Sequence record: SRR31156797_1248
Direction: 5' to 3' (one strand)
Length of the DNA: 39,496 nucleotides
Positions 1 to 9,683 of the stretch are shown here, piece by piece; positions within the stretch are counted from its first letter, which is position 1, and each line of letters opens with the position of its first letter. A program made the position numbers and the translations under genes. Under the pieces are notes generated by a model. The model did not search any database. It saw nothing but the letters and a program-made list of their open reading frames with translations, and had not been told where the DNA came from.

Positions 1-2
1 TG

Positions 3-221
3 ACTGCATGGGCTGATATTCGAAACTTCATTGGATTAAAAGCTGTTCCATCTGTAAGTGAACAGCCACAGACTGAGGAAACAACTACTACATCTAAAGA
101 CAGTGTAGCAGAAACAAAAGATTCATCAGAAGCAATATCAGAAACTAGTCCAAGTATCTCTGAAGAATCTAGTATGATGGATTCGAGTAGTATAGTCTTT
201 TCTTCGGAGGATAAAGAATAA
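3..221 (+). CDS. 3' end of an upstream CDS with a Ser/Thr/Glu-rich low-complexity C-terminal tail (partial, function unknown)
   Basis: Frame +3 is open from the window edge: TAWADIRNFIGLKAVPSVSEQPQTEETTTTSKDS...SSEDKE, TAA at 219-221. Confidence 0.7.
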   Translation, partial: TAWADIRNFIGLKAVPSVSEQPQTEETTTTSKDSVAETKDSSEAISETSPSISEESSMMDSSSIVFSSEDKE

Positions 222-460
222 GTTTTACTAGCTTTAGAACGAACAATCGTAATTGTTGCTTTCTTGAATAAAAATAGAACATAAGATGGAGACAACGCTT
301 TTGGTTCATATAACATTTAAAAAATGTGTTTAATTACAAAGTTTCATGGTGATTTGAGTGAAATAATAAATTTGAAAAGGTATTAATGATGAAACGCAAA
401 TAGGAATAAGTTGTTTATCGAAAAGAGATTCAGTGATATCGTAAAGTTTATTAAATCCAA

Positions 461-535
461 TGGTAAAATTGATTCCACTCCTCCTAACTTTCGTGTATAA
501 TGGTACAAGCCAGTATTACGAAAGTTAGGAGGAGT
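461..535 (+). promoter_or_regulatory. mltG 5' region: extended -10 (TGgTAAAAT, 461-469), second -10 (TATAAT, 496-501), and a perfect 18-bp inverted repeat covering the SD
   Basis: ACTCCTCCTAACTTTCGT (477-494) is the exact reverse complement of ACGAAAGTTAGGAGGAGT (518-535); SD AGGAGG at 527-532. Confidence 0.75.
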
Positions 536-539
536 TGTT

Positions 540-1883
540 TTGAGTAAACAACATCCAGAGGATAAATCCTTTAAAGACGAAGTATTAGGAGCTTTAAAGC
601 AACCTCAATCAGATCAAACCCATGAAGACCAAGGTTTGAACGAGCGTCCTATTCAACAACCTCAAGAAGAGGTGGGTTCGCGAACTGCAAGTGGAAAGAC
701 CAAAAATAAACAAGCAAAGCAAGCTGCTACAAGTCGTAGGGCAGCAGCGGAAGAAGTGCCCATAGCTGAAGGTGGGGAAACGCAATTGCGCAAGCAGCAA
801 CGCAAAAAAGAAGATCGGATTGTCAATCGGATCGTTTTGATCGTAGTCCTTGCTCTGCTCGTCATCGGTGGTGTTTTAGGATTTTCAATGTATCGTTATG
901 TAACATCAGGATTGCAGCCGTTGAATCCAGAAGATACAGAAACGGTGGCAGTTGAGATTCCTAGTGGATCGTCCAACAAAGCAATTGGAGAAATATTGGA
1001 AGAAGACAATATCATTAAAAGTGGTATGATCTTTAACTATTATACGAAATTCAATAATTTAACTGGATTTCAAGCAGGAAATTATCATTTTTCTCCTAGT
1101 ATGACATTGGATCAAATCTCAAAGATGCTGCAAAATGGCGAAGGTTCGGTCACCTCTGATGCAAAAGTGACGATTCCAGAAGGATTTGATGTGGATCAAA
1201 TCGGTGATGCTCTAGCGGAAGCAACAAATATCTCGAAAGACGATTTCTTAGCTTTGATGGAAAGCGATGAGTTCTTTGAAAAAATGAAAGAGACCTATCC
1301 TGAGCTTTTAGCAAGTGCCGGCGATGCGCAAGGCGTGCGTTACCGACTAGAAGGATACTTGTTCCCAGCGACGTATGACTACTATACAGGGAATACCCTA
1401 GAAGAAGTCGTTACCCAAATGGTGGATAAATCAAATTCAGTCTTGTCCAAATATTTCGATCAAATTGCTCAAAAAGAAATGACGGTTCAAGAAGTCCTTA
1501 CATTGGCTTCACTTGTTGAAAAAGAGGGTAGTAAGCTAGAAGATCGTAAAAATATCGCACAGGTATTCTTCAATCGTTTAGCGATTGATATGCCGCTGCA
1601 ATCGGATATTTCGATTCTATACGCGTTAGGTGAGCACAAAGAGCTAGTCACTTATGAGGACACTCAAGTTGACTCTCCTTATAATCTCTATGTGCATACT
1701 GGCTACGGACCTGGACCATTCAACAATCCAAGCGAAGCAGCGATCCAAGCGGTCTTAGATCCAACACCGAACAACTACTATTATTTCGTTGCTGAAATTC
1801 AAACCCAAGAAGTTTACTTTGCGGAAACCTATGAACAGCATATGCAATTAGTGGAACAATATGTAAACAATACCTCAAATTAA
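540..1883 (+). CDS. mltG: Endolytic peptidoglycan transglycosylase MltG (YceG family)
   Basis: Charged cytoplasmic N-terminus, one TM helix, motifs TIPEG, LEGYLFPATY, ASLVEKE, DSPYNLY..GYGPGPFNNP; TTG start 7 nt after AGGAGG; upstream of greA. Confidence 0.95.
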   Translation: MSKQHPEDKSFKDEVLGALKQPQSDQTHEDQGLNERPIQQPQEEVGSRTASGKTKNKQAKQAATSRRAAAEEVPIAEGGETQLRKQQRKKEDRIVNRIVLIVVLALLVIGGVLGFSMYRYVTSGLQPLNPEDTETVAVEIPSGSSNKAIGEILEEDNIIKSGMIFNYYTKFNNLTGFQAGNYHFSPSMTLDQISKMLQNGEGSVTSDAKVTIPEGFDVDQIGDALAEATNISKDDFLALMESDEFFEKMKETYPELLASAGDAQGVRYRLEGYLFPATYDYYTGNTLEEVVTQMVDKSNSVLSKYFDQIAQKEMTVQEVLTLASLVEKEGSKLEDRKNIAQVFFNRLAIDMPLQSDISILYALGEHKELVTYEDTQVDSPYNLYVHTGYGPGPFNNPSEAAIQAVLDPTPNNYYYFVAEIQTQEVYFAETYEQHMQLVEQYVNNTSN

Positions 1884-1901
1884 ATTTTCATAGGTTTATA
1901 G

Positions 1902-1970
1902 TTTACATTTAAAAAAAAGCATGGTAATCTTTTGTGGACTCATCGCAAAAGATTACCTTTTGCGATTTAT
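1902..1970 (+). promoter_or_regulatory. greA promoter (TTTACA-17-TAATCT with TG extension) overlapping two alternative hairpins
   Basis: -35 at 1902-1907, -10 at 1925-1930; inverted repeats 1923-1936/1944-1957 and 1942-1951/1957-1966. Confidence 0.6.
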
Positions 1971-1998
1971 TAGAAGTTACTAAAAGGAGAAAAGAACT

Positions 1999-2478
1999 AT
2001 GGTAGAAAAAGTTTACCCAATGACACTTGAAGGAAAAGAAAAGCTAGAACAAGAATTAGAAGAATTGAAAACGGTAAAACGCGGGGAAATCATTGAACGT
2101 ATCAAGGTAGCCCGCAGTTTTGGCGATTTATCCGAAAACTCCGAGTATGAGTCTGCAAAAGATGAACAAGCGTTTGTCGAAGGCCGAATCACTACTTTAG
2201 AAAATATGATTCGTTTTGCAGAGATCATTGATAATGAGGGTGTAGACTCTGATGAAGTTTCCATCGGAAAAACTGTGATTTTTGTTGAGTTGCCTGATGG
2301 TGACGAAGAAGAGTACATGATCGTTGGTAGTGCTGAAGCAGATCCGTTTTCTGGTAAAATTTCCAATGATTCACCAATCGCTCGTGCCTTGATTGGGAAA
2401 AAAGTCAATGATGAAGTGACGATCTCAACGCCAGGCGGAGATATGCAAGTAAGAATCACAGAAGTAAAGAAAAGCTAA
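1999..2478 (+). CDS. greA: Transcription elongation factor GreA
   Basis: GDLSENSEY motif, C-terminal [21 protein letters not shown]. Confidence 0.98.
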   Translation: MVEKVYPMTLEGKEKLEQELEELKTVKRGEIIERIKVARSFGDLSENSEYESAKDEQAFVEGRITTLENMIRFAEIIDNEGVDSDEVSIGKTVIFVELPDGDEEEYMIVGSAEADPFSGKISNDSPIARALIGKKVNDEVTISTPGGDMQVRITEVKKS

Positions 2479-2505
2479 TTGCTTGATCACTCGATCAAAC
2501 TAGTT

Positions 2506-2557
2506 GACCCTGTTGTTCATTCTCCTTAAGGGAATTTGATCAAACAGGGTCTTTTTT
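2506..2557 (+). terminator. Intrinsic terminator after greA
   Basis: GACCCTGTT...AACAGGGTC stem followed by T6. Confidence 0.75.
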
Positions 2558-2600
2558 CGGACCAGCGACGGATGGACAAACCATTTTTTTCGGGTATGAT
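2557..2600 (+). promoter_or_regulatory. Putative LiaR box (2557-2572) abutting the liaF promoter (TGGACA-16-TATGAT)
   Basis: TCGGACCAGCGACGGA fits the T(N4)C(N4)G(N4)A LiaR consensus; -35 at 2573-2578, -10 at 2595-2600. Confidence 0.6.
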
Positions 2601-2630
2601 AAAGTAGAATTACTAGGAGGAGGAGCTTGA

Positions 2631-3362
2631 ATGAAAAGTCCTTGGCGTTTTTTCTTTATTGTTGAAGCGCTCTTACTGCTTTTTGCGGTATGGCAAATTT
2701 TATCTAATCCGCCATTATTATTTTTATTAATACTTGGTGTGACGTGCTTGGTCCTTGTGAACCGAAGTGAGCGCAAGAGCAATTTTAAAAATTTCTTGAT
2801 GGTCTCAAGTTCCATTGCTATTTTGATCAGTTTGTTAAATAGTCCAGCACTGTGGCTGATGCTGATTTTTGCGATTTTATTTATTGGTTTAAAAGGAGTC
2901 GAGATTACCGGAATCGACTTAACTAAAAATTCATTCTGGCGCAAAAAACAAATGATTATCGTTGAAACTGAAGAACCCAAAGCTGATCATCCGCTGAAAC
3001 AAAAGCAGCAATGGTTAGGCAATGAACGGATCGGCAGTCAAGTCTATGAATGGGACGATATCAATTTAGATATCTTGACGGGAGACACTTTCATCGATCT
3101 AGGCAACACTTTATTGCCTAAGAAAGAAAACGTCGTGATCGTACGAAAAGGCTTTGGTAGAACTCGTATTTTAGTGCCTGCTGGCATAGCGATCAAATTA
3201 GAGCACAGTACTTTTATTGGCTCTGTTATCTTTGAAGGCGAAGAAACGAGCTTGAAAAATGAAAAAGTGACGATTTACAGCCCGGATTATGGCGAAAATA
3301 GTCGGCGTTTGAAAATCTTAACGAATACCCTTGTTGGTGATGTTGAGGTGATTCGGGTATGA
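2631..3362 (+). CDS. liaF: Cell-wall stress response membrane protein LiaF
   Basis: N-terminal TM helices, C-terminal YEWDDINL/IDLGNT/GDVEV domain; overlaps the kinase start; greA-liaFSR synteny. Confidence 0.93.
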   Translation: MKSPWRFFFIVEALLLLFAVWQILSNPPLLFLLILGVTCLVLVNRSERKSNFKNFLMVSSSIAILISLLNSPALWLMLIFAILFIGLKGVEITGIDLTKNSFWRKKQMIIVETEEPKADHPLKQKQQWLGNERIGSQVYEWDDINLDILTGDTFIDLGNTLLPKKENVVIVRKGFGRTRILVPAGIAIKLEHSTFIGSVIFEGEETSLKNEKVTIYSPDYGENSRRLKILTNTLVGDVEVIRV

Positions 3363-4426
3363 TTGGGAAATTTTCAAGAGGCATGATCGCTTTTTACGCA
3401 GGATTAGCAAGTTTTTTCACCATGATATTGATGCTGTTTTCCTATTTGTATGCCAGTGGGAAAAATAATTGGCTGATAGAAGTCTTTCAAATCAAACTCT
3501 TTTTTATCCCAATTATCTTTCACTTACTTGTAATATCTGCATTGATTGCTTTAGCTGTCTTTTTACTGATTTCTTTTTTTCGCAACCGTCAATACGGTCC
3601 GGTGGAAGAAAAGCTAAGACTGTTAGCCAGCGGCTATATCGATAGCCCTTTATTGGAAACAAAGATCCCACATGCGTCTGAAAACCATTTGATTGCGAAT
3701 GTGGATCGTGATATTGCCAGTATCCAATCGAAGATGAAACAGATGTCGATGGAATTACAGCAATTGAATGCGAAACCGCAGTTTGTTGATGGTCAGACGA
3801 AAGAAGAGATTTTAGAAGCAGAAAGGCAGCGTCTGGCTCGTGAACTGCACGACTCTGTTTCTCAACAGCTGTTTGCCGCCATGATGATGATGTCTGCACT
3901 GAATGAGCAAGCGATTCGAACAGATGCTCCAGAAAGCCAAAAGAAACAGTTAGCGATGGTCACAGACATTATCAATGCTTCGCAATCTGAAATGCGGGCG
4001 CTCTTGCTTCATCTACGACCTGTAACTTTGGAAGGGAAGAGTCTAAAGCAAGGAATCGAGCAATTGTTAAAGGAATTAGAGACCAAAATCAAAATTCTAT
4101 TGACTTGGGATATTGAAGACTTTACGATGCCTAGTTCGATTGAAGATCAACTCTTTCGTGTGATCCAAGAACTCTTGTCTAATACACTGCGTCACGCGAA
4201 AGCTGATGAGTTAGAAGTATACTTGCATCGCATCGATAATAACGTGTTATTGCGGGTGATCGATGACGGAGTTGGCTTTGATCCCCAAGATCAAAAGGCC
4301 GGCAGCTATGGCTTGATGAATATCCGAGAACGGGTAAGTGCTGTTGGCGGAACGTTGAAAATTATTAGTTTTAAAAATCAAGGAACCAGTATTGAAATCA
4401 AAGTTCCACTGTTGAAGGAGGCATAA
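3359..4426 (+). CDS. liaS: Sensor histidine kinase LiaS (HisKA_3)
   Basis: Two TM helices, ERQRLARELHDSVSQQLF H-box, ELLSNTLRHA N-box, DDGVGF G-box. Confidence 0.95.
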   Translation: MIGKFSRGMIAFYAGLASFFTMILMLFSYLYASGKNNWLIEVFQIKLFFIPIIFHLLVISALIALAVFLLISFFRNRQYGPVEEKLRLLASGYIDSPLLETKIPHASENHLIANVDRDIASIQSKMKQMSMELQQLNAKPQFVDGQTKEEILEAERQRLARELHDSVSQQLFAAMMMMSALNEQAIRTDAPESQKKQLAMVTDIINASQSEMRALLLHLRPVTLEGKSLKQGIEQLLKELETKIKILLTWDIEDFTMPSSIEDQLFRVIQELLSNTLRHAKADELEVYLHRIDNNVLLRVIDDGVGFDPQDQKAGSYGLMNIRERVSAVGGTLKIISFKNQGTSIEIKVPLLKEA

Positions 4427-4429
4427 CGT

Positions 4430-5059
4430 ATGATTAAAGTGTTGTTAGTTGATGACCATGAAATGGTTCGTCTGGGGGTCTCTTCTTATCTATCAATTCA
4501 AGACGATATAGAAGTAATTGGGGAAGCGGAAAATGGTCGAGTCGGGTATGAAAAGGCATTGGAATTACGTCCAGATGTGATTTTGATGGATTTGGTGATG
4601 GATGAAATGGATGGGATCGAATCTACGAAATTGATTTTAAATGATTGGCCAGAAGCAAAAATCATCATTGTCACTAGTTTTATTGATGACGAGAAAGTCT
4701 ATCCTGCAATTGAAGCGGGTGCGGCCGGTTACCTGTTAAAGACGTCTACTGCTCATGAGATTGCGGAAGCCATTCGTGCAACCCAGCGAGGAGAGCGGGT
4801 CTTAGAACCCGAAGTCACCACGAAAATGATGGATCGTTTGACGAATCGGACACCAATCCTACATGAAGATTTGACCAATCGGGAACAAGAAGTGTTACTG
4901 TTGATCGCTGAAGGAAAGAGCAACCAAGAGATTGCGGATTCACTCTTCATTACGCTGAAAACAGTGAAGACACATGTGTCAAATATCTTATCAAAATTAG
5001 AAGTAGAAGATCGTACACAAGCTACGATATATGCTTTTAAACATGGCTTGATAAAATAA
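4430..5059 (+). CDS. liaR: NarL/LuxR-family response regulator LiaR
   Basis: Receiver domain (DD 8-9, D54) and LuxR HTH (LTNREQEVL...[11 protein letters not shown]). Confidence 0.96.
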   Translation: MIKVLLVDDHEMVRLGVSSYLSIQDDIEVIGEAENGRVGYEKALELRPDVILMDLVMDEMDGIESTKLILNDWPEAKIIIVTSFIDDEKVYPAIEAGAAGYLLKTSTAHEIAEAIRATQRGERVLEPEVTTKMMDRLTNRTPILHEDLTNREQEVLLLIAEGKSNQEIADSLFITLKTVKTHVSNILSKLEVEDRTQATIYAFKHGLIK

Positions 5060-5074
5060 AATCTTAATAATCAT

Positions 5075-5112
5075 ACCTCCTCATGGCAAGCAGGGGAGGT
5101 TTTTGTTATACT
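5075..5112 (+). terminator. liaFSR terminator overlapping the next promoter (TGGCAA-17-TATACT, TG-extended)
   Basis: ACCTCC...GGAGGT stem plus T-run; -10 at 5107-5112. Confidence 0.6.
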
Positions 5113-5143
5113 AAATAATGATCTGGCAAACAAAGGAGCGTTT

Positions 5144-5812
5144 GTGGTGAAGCAAAATTATGCAATTATTGGATTAGGTCGTTTCGGTGGAAGTATTTGT
5201 CGTACGTTGATTGAATCAGGTCAAGAAGTGTTGGCAATCGATAGCAACGAAGATCGTGTCAATGAGTACATGAATATCGCCACCCATGCGGTGGTCGGCA
5301 ACGCACAAGATGAGATGACGTTACGCTCATTGGGTATCCGTAACTTTGACCATGTCATTGTTGCGATTGGTGAGGATATTCAAGCTAGTATTTTGGTGAC
5401 CTTGATGGTCAAAGAAATGGGTGTTCCTAATATCTTAGCGAAAGCCCAAAACGAATACCATGCCCGTGTACTGGAAAAACTCGGCGCAGACCGTGTCGTT
5501 CATCCCGAACGTGACATGGGGATTCGCATCGCCCATAATCTTGTTTCCAAAAATATTTTAGATTATATTGAACTATCTGACGAATTTTCTCTAGCAGAGA
5601 TTCGCGTGTCCAATCCACGCTTTTTCAATAAATCCCTGATTGAGCTGAATTTTCGACAAAAGTATGGTCTGACAGTCGTTGCGATTCGTCGGGGACCAGG
5701 ACAAGTGATCGTTTCGCCTGATGCAGAGGCGATCGTGCGTGAAAATGACAATTTACTCGTGATCGGCAATACAGATGATGTAGATATACTTGATGAACAT
5801 ATGAATGATTAG
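5144..5812 (+). CDS. ktrA: Ktr/Trk potassium uptake regulatory subunit (RCK_N + RCK_C)
   Basis: GLGRFG Rossmann motif, VVHPERDMG, C-terminal RCK_C; no membrane subunit gene in this window. Confidence 0.88.
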   Translation: MVKQNYAIIGLGRFGGSICRTLIESGQEVLAIDSNEDRVNEYMNIATHAVVGNAQDEMTLRSLGIRNFDHVIVAIGEDIQASILVTLMVKEMGVPNILAKAQNEYHARVLEKLGADRVVHPERDMGIRIAHNLVSKNILDYIELSDEFSLAEIRVSNPRFFNKSLIELNFRQKYGLTVVAIRRGPGQVIVSPDAEAIVRENDNLLVIGNTDDVDILDEHMND

Positions 5813-5814
5813 GA

Positions 5815-6123
5815 GTGAAGAAAATGAACTTAACAATAAGTCCTGAAGCAATGCAATGGTTCAAAAAAGAATTGGTGGTAGACCAAGGAAGCGGAATTCG
5901 TTTTTTTGGAAAAATTTATGGAAAGACACAAGTGCATGACGGATTTTCCGTGGGGATGTCAGTAGACAAACCAGAACGTCCGATCGTTGAACAAACCATT
6001 GACGGATTGCTTTTTTTTATTGATGAAGCGGATGAGTGGTTTTTCAAAGGCTATAATCTGACAGTTGATTATGATCAAACGTTGGATGAACCGAAGTACG
6101 ATTTTAGTGAAGATAAAAAATAA
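5815..6123 (+). CDS. HesB/YadR/YfhF (YneR-like) family protein
   Basis: A.QWF, IRFFGK.YG, GFSVG, FFIDEADEWFF; no Cys; SD AGGAG fits ATG 5824 as an alternative start. Confidence 0.8.
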   Translation: MKKMNLTISPEAMQWFKKELVVDQGSGIRFFGKIYGKTQVHDGFSVGMSVDKPERPIVEQTIDGLLFFIDEADEWFFKGYNLTVDYDQTLDEPKYDFSEDKK

Positions 6124-6171
6124 TGTGGATTCGGTCATAGCTGACCGGCTTTCCACGATTGGCTCTAGGAG

Positions 6172-7125
6172 ATGAAACCGATGTTATCAATTGTTGTACC
6201 TTGTTTTAATGAAGAGGCGAGCTTGCCGATATTCTTTGAGGAAACAGAAAAGGTGAAGAAGCATTTAAACATGCCTTTTGAATATATTTTTGTTAATGAC
6301 GGCTCTTCAGATCAAACACTACCTGTTTTAAAAGCGTTATATCGTGCCCATCCTGAAAGTGTTCGCTATTTATCTTTTTCGAGAAACTTTGGCAAAGAAG
6401 CTGCACTTTATGCAGGTTTACAAGCGGCGAAAGGCGATTTTGTCACTGTGATGGACGCAGATCTACAAGACCCGCCGACATTACTGCCAGAAATGTTTGC
6501 GATGCTGGAAGCAAAACCAGACCTTGATTGTGTGGGGACCAGACGAGCAGATCGCAAAGGAGAACCGAAAATTCGTAGTTTTTTCTCAGATGCCTTCTAT
6601 AATATTATCAACAAGATTGCCGATACCGAAATGGTAAATGGTGCCCGAGATTTTCGCTTGATGCGTCGTAATATGGTGGATGCCGTTTTACAACTGTCAG
6701 AGTACAATCGCTTTTCAAAAGGGATCTTCAGCTGGGTCGGCTTTGATACAGAATACATCGCCTATGAGAACCGGGAACGAGTCGCTGGCGAAACTTCGTG
6801 GTCATTTTGGAAACTGTTTCAATATTCGATCGACGGGATTGTTAACTTTTCAGATACGCCTTTGAATATTGCTTCGTTTATTGGGGCGCTTTCCTGTTTT
6901 GGCTCTCTGATTGCTTTGGTATTTATTGTGATAAGAACTTTTATTTTTGGAGATCCGACATCAGGATGGCCTTCGATGGTCAGCATCTTCTTATTTGTTG
7001 GTGGACTACAATTGCTTTGTTTAGGAATCATCGGCAAGTATATCGGAAAAATTTTCTTAGAGACTAAAAATAGACCCTTGTATTTTTTGAAAGAAACCGA
7101 AAAAGATCAAGAAAAACAAAAATAA
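6172..7125 (+). CDS. GT2 undecaprenyl-phosphate glycosyltransferase (GtrB/CsbB-like)
   Basis: SIVVPCFNEE, VNDGSSD, SRNFGKEAAL, MDADLQDPP, two C-terminal TM helices. Confidence 0.93.
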   Translation: MKPMLSIVVPCFNEEASLPIFFEETEKVKKHLNMPFEYIFVNDGSSDQTLPVLKALYRAHPESVRYLSFSRNFGKEAALYAGLQAAKGDFVTVMDADLQDPPTLLPEMFAMLEAKPDLDCVGTRRADRKGEPKIRSFFSDAFYNIINKIADTEMVNGARDFRLMRRNMVDAVLQLSEYNRFSKGIFSWVGFDTEYIAYENRERVAGETSWSFWKLFQYSIDGIVNFSDTPLNIASFIGALSCFGSLIALVFIVIRTFIFGDPTSGWPSMVSIFLFVGGLQLLCLGIIGKYIGKIFLETKNRPLYFLKETEKDQEKQK

Positions 7126-7173
7126 AAAAAGTGTACAAGTTGAAGGGTTTGCCTCCGACTGTACACTTTTTTT
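7124..7173. terminator. Bidirectional terminator between convergent genes
   Basis: A7-GTGTACA...TGTACAC-T7. Confidence 0.85.
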
Positions 7174-7187
7174 GCGGAAAGAATATG

Positions 7188-8132
7188 TTAGTAGCCTTTA
7201 TCCAAGTTTATCTCATTTTTTACAAGTTCTTGTTTTGCCAAAAAATGTTGGAAGTTCGCTAAGAAAATGGCCATAAATGCCTTTTGAAAATGGGGCGTAT
7301 GCCCTGAGATATGGGGGGTTATCAAAAGGTTTTCGATGTGCCATAACGGATCATTTTCGGGCAATGGCTCTTCTTCAAAAACATCCAGTGCGGCAAATGC
7401 TATCTGCTTTTTTTCTAGGGCTTTTGCTAATGCAGTGGTATCCACACTAGGCCCACGGCCGACATTATAAAAAGAAGCAGAAGGTTTCAATTGTGCAAAA
7501 AAGTCTTCGTCATACAAATGTGTGGTTTCTTCTGTCAGGGGAAGAATATTGATGACGCAATCAGCGGTTTTTGCGCAAGCGTGTAAGTCAGATAACGCAA
7601 ACGTTTTTTCAAAACCTGTCACGTCATGCCCGCTAGTATTGATACCAATAGGACTTACACCAAAAAAGGTCAATGCTTGAGCTAACTTTTGGCCAATTTG
7701 TCCTGTACCAACGATCAAAATCTCTTGGTCCGACAATTTTGTATAGTGAATTGTATTCGGTGACCATTGCTGTTTTCTCTGTTGCTGAATTGCTTGGAAA
7801 ATCCCGCGGTTTTCCATAAATAGTAGAGCCAACAAATGGTCTGTGATCGATTCGGCATGGATGCCGCTGCCATTAGATAAGCGAATATTGTATTTCGCAA
7901 ACTCTTTTAATGGTAAGGTGTCTACGCCAGCTGAAATCGCTTGGACCCATTTCAAATTTGTTTTCTCCGTTAGCAGGTAGTCCTTCCATTCCGACTTCCA
8001 ACCAATGGTGATTTCTACTTGTGACCAATCAATTGCTTGGTCCTTTGTGTACACAAGAAATTGATAGTCTTTTTCGATTTGTTTCACATATATGTCGCGA
8101 AACTCTCGAGTAGCTAAGATTATTTTTTTCAT
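7188..8132 (-). CDS. D-isomer-specific 2-hydroxyacid dehydrogenase family protein
   Basis: SAGVD, GTGQIG, NVGRG, ALDVFEEEPL, ITPHISG. Confidence 0.92.
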   Translation of the reverse strand: MKKIILATREFRDIYVKQIEKDYQFLVYTKDQAIDWSQVEITIGWKSEWKDYLLTEKTNLKWVQAISAGVDTLPLKEFAKYNIRLSNGSGIHAESITDHLLALLFMENRGIFQAIQQQRKQQWSPNTIHYTKLSDQEILIVGTGQIGQKLAQALTFFGVSPIGINTSGHDVTGFEKTFALSDLHACAKTADCVINILPLTEETTHLYDEDFFAQLKPSASFYNVGRGPSVDTTALAKALEKKQIAFAALDVFEEEPLPENDPLWHIENLLITPHISGHTPHFQKAFMAIFLANFQHFLAKQELVKNEINLDKGY

Positions 8133-8172
8133 TGCCTAGCCTCCTTTTAACATAAGTGTAGCAAAGAATGAG

Positions 8173-8203
8173 AAAAAAACCATGTTCAAGGAATTGAACA
8201 TGG
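8173..8203 (-). terminator. Terminator after the DUF1189-like gene
   Basis: CCATGTTCAA-GGAA-TTGAACATGG, with an A-run on the left that is the U-tail on the minus strand. Confidence 0.7.
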
Positions 8204-8209
8204 CTTAGA

Positions 8210-9019
8210 TCAGGTTTTAAACTGAATTTTTGGAGAATGTTTGACCCCTTGTGTGAATAAGAATAAAGAACCAAACAAAATAAAGGTGGTTGCATCGAAG
8301 GAAGGCAATAGTAGTTGTACGATTACACTAATAAGCGTAGGCAATGCAGCACTTACGATTAGAATCTTTAAATTTTCAAAGAAGGTATAGGAGAATCGTT
8401 TTAATCTTGTATAGATCGTTGCAATAAAGGTCCCCATCACTAAGGTGATCAGCAAGCTGACAAATGATGGATACAATGCAACAAAAAAGACAATGAGTTT
8501 GATTAGCCAGGGGATCGCTTGGTTTGATAGCGCTTCTCGAATCGCCTGACCGTTAAGATTGCGCAGCGCAGGCTCACTGTAATCAAATTCTAATTGATTA
8601 GAATCTAACATTGACGTCGATAAGCCAGAAGAGGGGATACGGATGACCAGCTGATCTTTTAACAAGCCAACAGCGATGACAGAGCCAGTGACATCAGATG
8701 CAATATCTGCTGGCGTACGGTTGCCATCTGGATCGAAAGTAAAGATGATCGAATCGGTTTGATAAATGAAACCTTGCGTATCCGACGCTGCAGCAAGCTG
8801 CCCATTTGCAATCGTAAAATCTGGGATCGATTCGCCTATTTTTTGTCCGTCTGCTTGCACATCGCGAAAGACACCTAATACATTGATGGTCATCGGTACC
8901 GCGATAAGCACGGAGGCGCTTAATAGAAAAACGATTACTTTGGAAAATTCTGCTTTTTTGACAAATTTTAAATCAGGTATTCGGAAAAAAGCAATTTTAA
9001 ATAGTTGGACGATAGTCAT
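8210..9019 (-). CDS. DUF1189-like membrane protein
   Basis: N-terminal TM, IPDFTI.NGQL and IFTFDPDG motifs, several C-terminal TM helices. Confidence 0.75.
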   Translation of the reverse strand: MTIVQLFKIAFFRIPDLKFVKKAEFSKVIVFLLSASVLIAVPMTINVLGVFRDVQADGQKIGESIPDFTIANGQLAAASDTQGFIYQTDSIIFTFDPDGNRTPADIASDVTGSVIAVGLLKDQLVIRIPSSGLSTSMLDSNQLEFDYSEPALRNLNGQAIREALSNQAIPWLIKLIVFFVALYPSFVSLLITLVMGTFIATIYTRLKRFSYTFFENLKILIVSAALPTLISVIVQLLLPSFDATTFILFGSLFLFTQGVKHSPKIQFKT

Positions 9020-9151
9020 TTGCTGATGAACTCCTTTGTGGTATAACTAGAGTAATTGTAACGAAGGGTTCTTTGAATTACAAGGAATTCACAAAAAAAG
9101 AACCAATTATCGTAGGAATGAATAAATAAAGAAATGAAAGTAGGCAAAAGA

Positions 9152-9343
9152 ATGCAAAAGTACAACGAATACAAACAGTTCTTGCAGCAAAAAAAGTTGT
9201 GGGAGCCGATTACGTATTTATTTTTTGGTGGATTAACGACTGTAGTCAACATTGTCGTCTATCTCATTTTTCGTGAATGCTTGAAATTCTACTATGATAT
9301 ATCAAATATTAATTTTAGTCTTCTTTTATGTGATGAATATTGA
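9152..9343 (+). pseudogene. Truncated GtrA-family (GtcA-like) gene, N-terminal third only
   Basis: KKLWEPITYLFFGGLTTVVNIVVY aligns with RKLWSLFIYLFFGGLATIVNIVTY of the downstream GtrA; similarity is lost after ~9295 and TGA follows at 9341-9343; start could be 9134. Confidence 0.75.
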
Positions 9344-9683
9344 GGTTACTTGAATTTTAATTGGACGTGTAAAAGCATGGATGAAGCTATTATAACAACA
9401 ATTTTCCAAAATGTTACCTCACTGACTTGACTGAGTTTGACAAATTTATATAAGGCACTTTTTAGCTTTGCTATCAAAATCATTTCAACTCTTTCTCTAC
9501 TGTTTTAACAAAAATGATTGTATGGAAGTTGAGAAAATAGTATAAGAAGCTCTCCAAGGTATTTATGAATGAGTGTAAAAAGAAGTGAGAAAAAGATAAA
9601 CTTATGAAAAAATTCGTATATTAATTACTTATAGGATATAATGTGATATAGAAAAAAGCGTTAATATAATAGGAGTGTTCTTT

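Noticed and set aside
2013-2459. Long antisense ORF over greA, and similar shadow ORFs over liaF, pbp, the antiporter, ctpA and the pilins
   Set aside because: They lie opposite or out of frame within well-supported genes and lack recognisable motifs; typical codon-bias shadows
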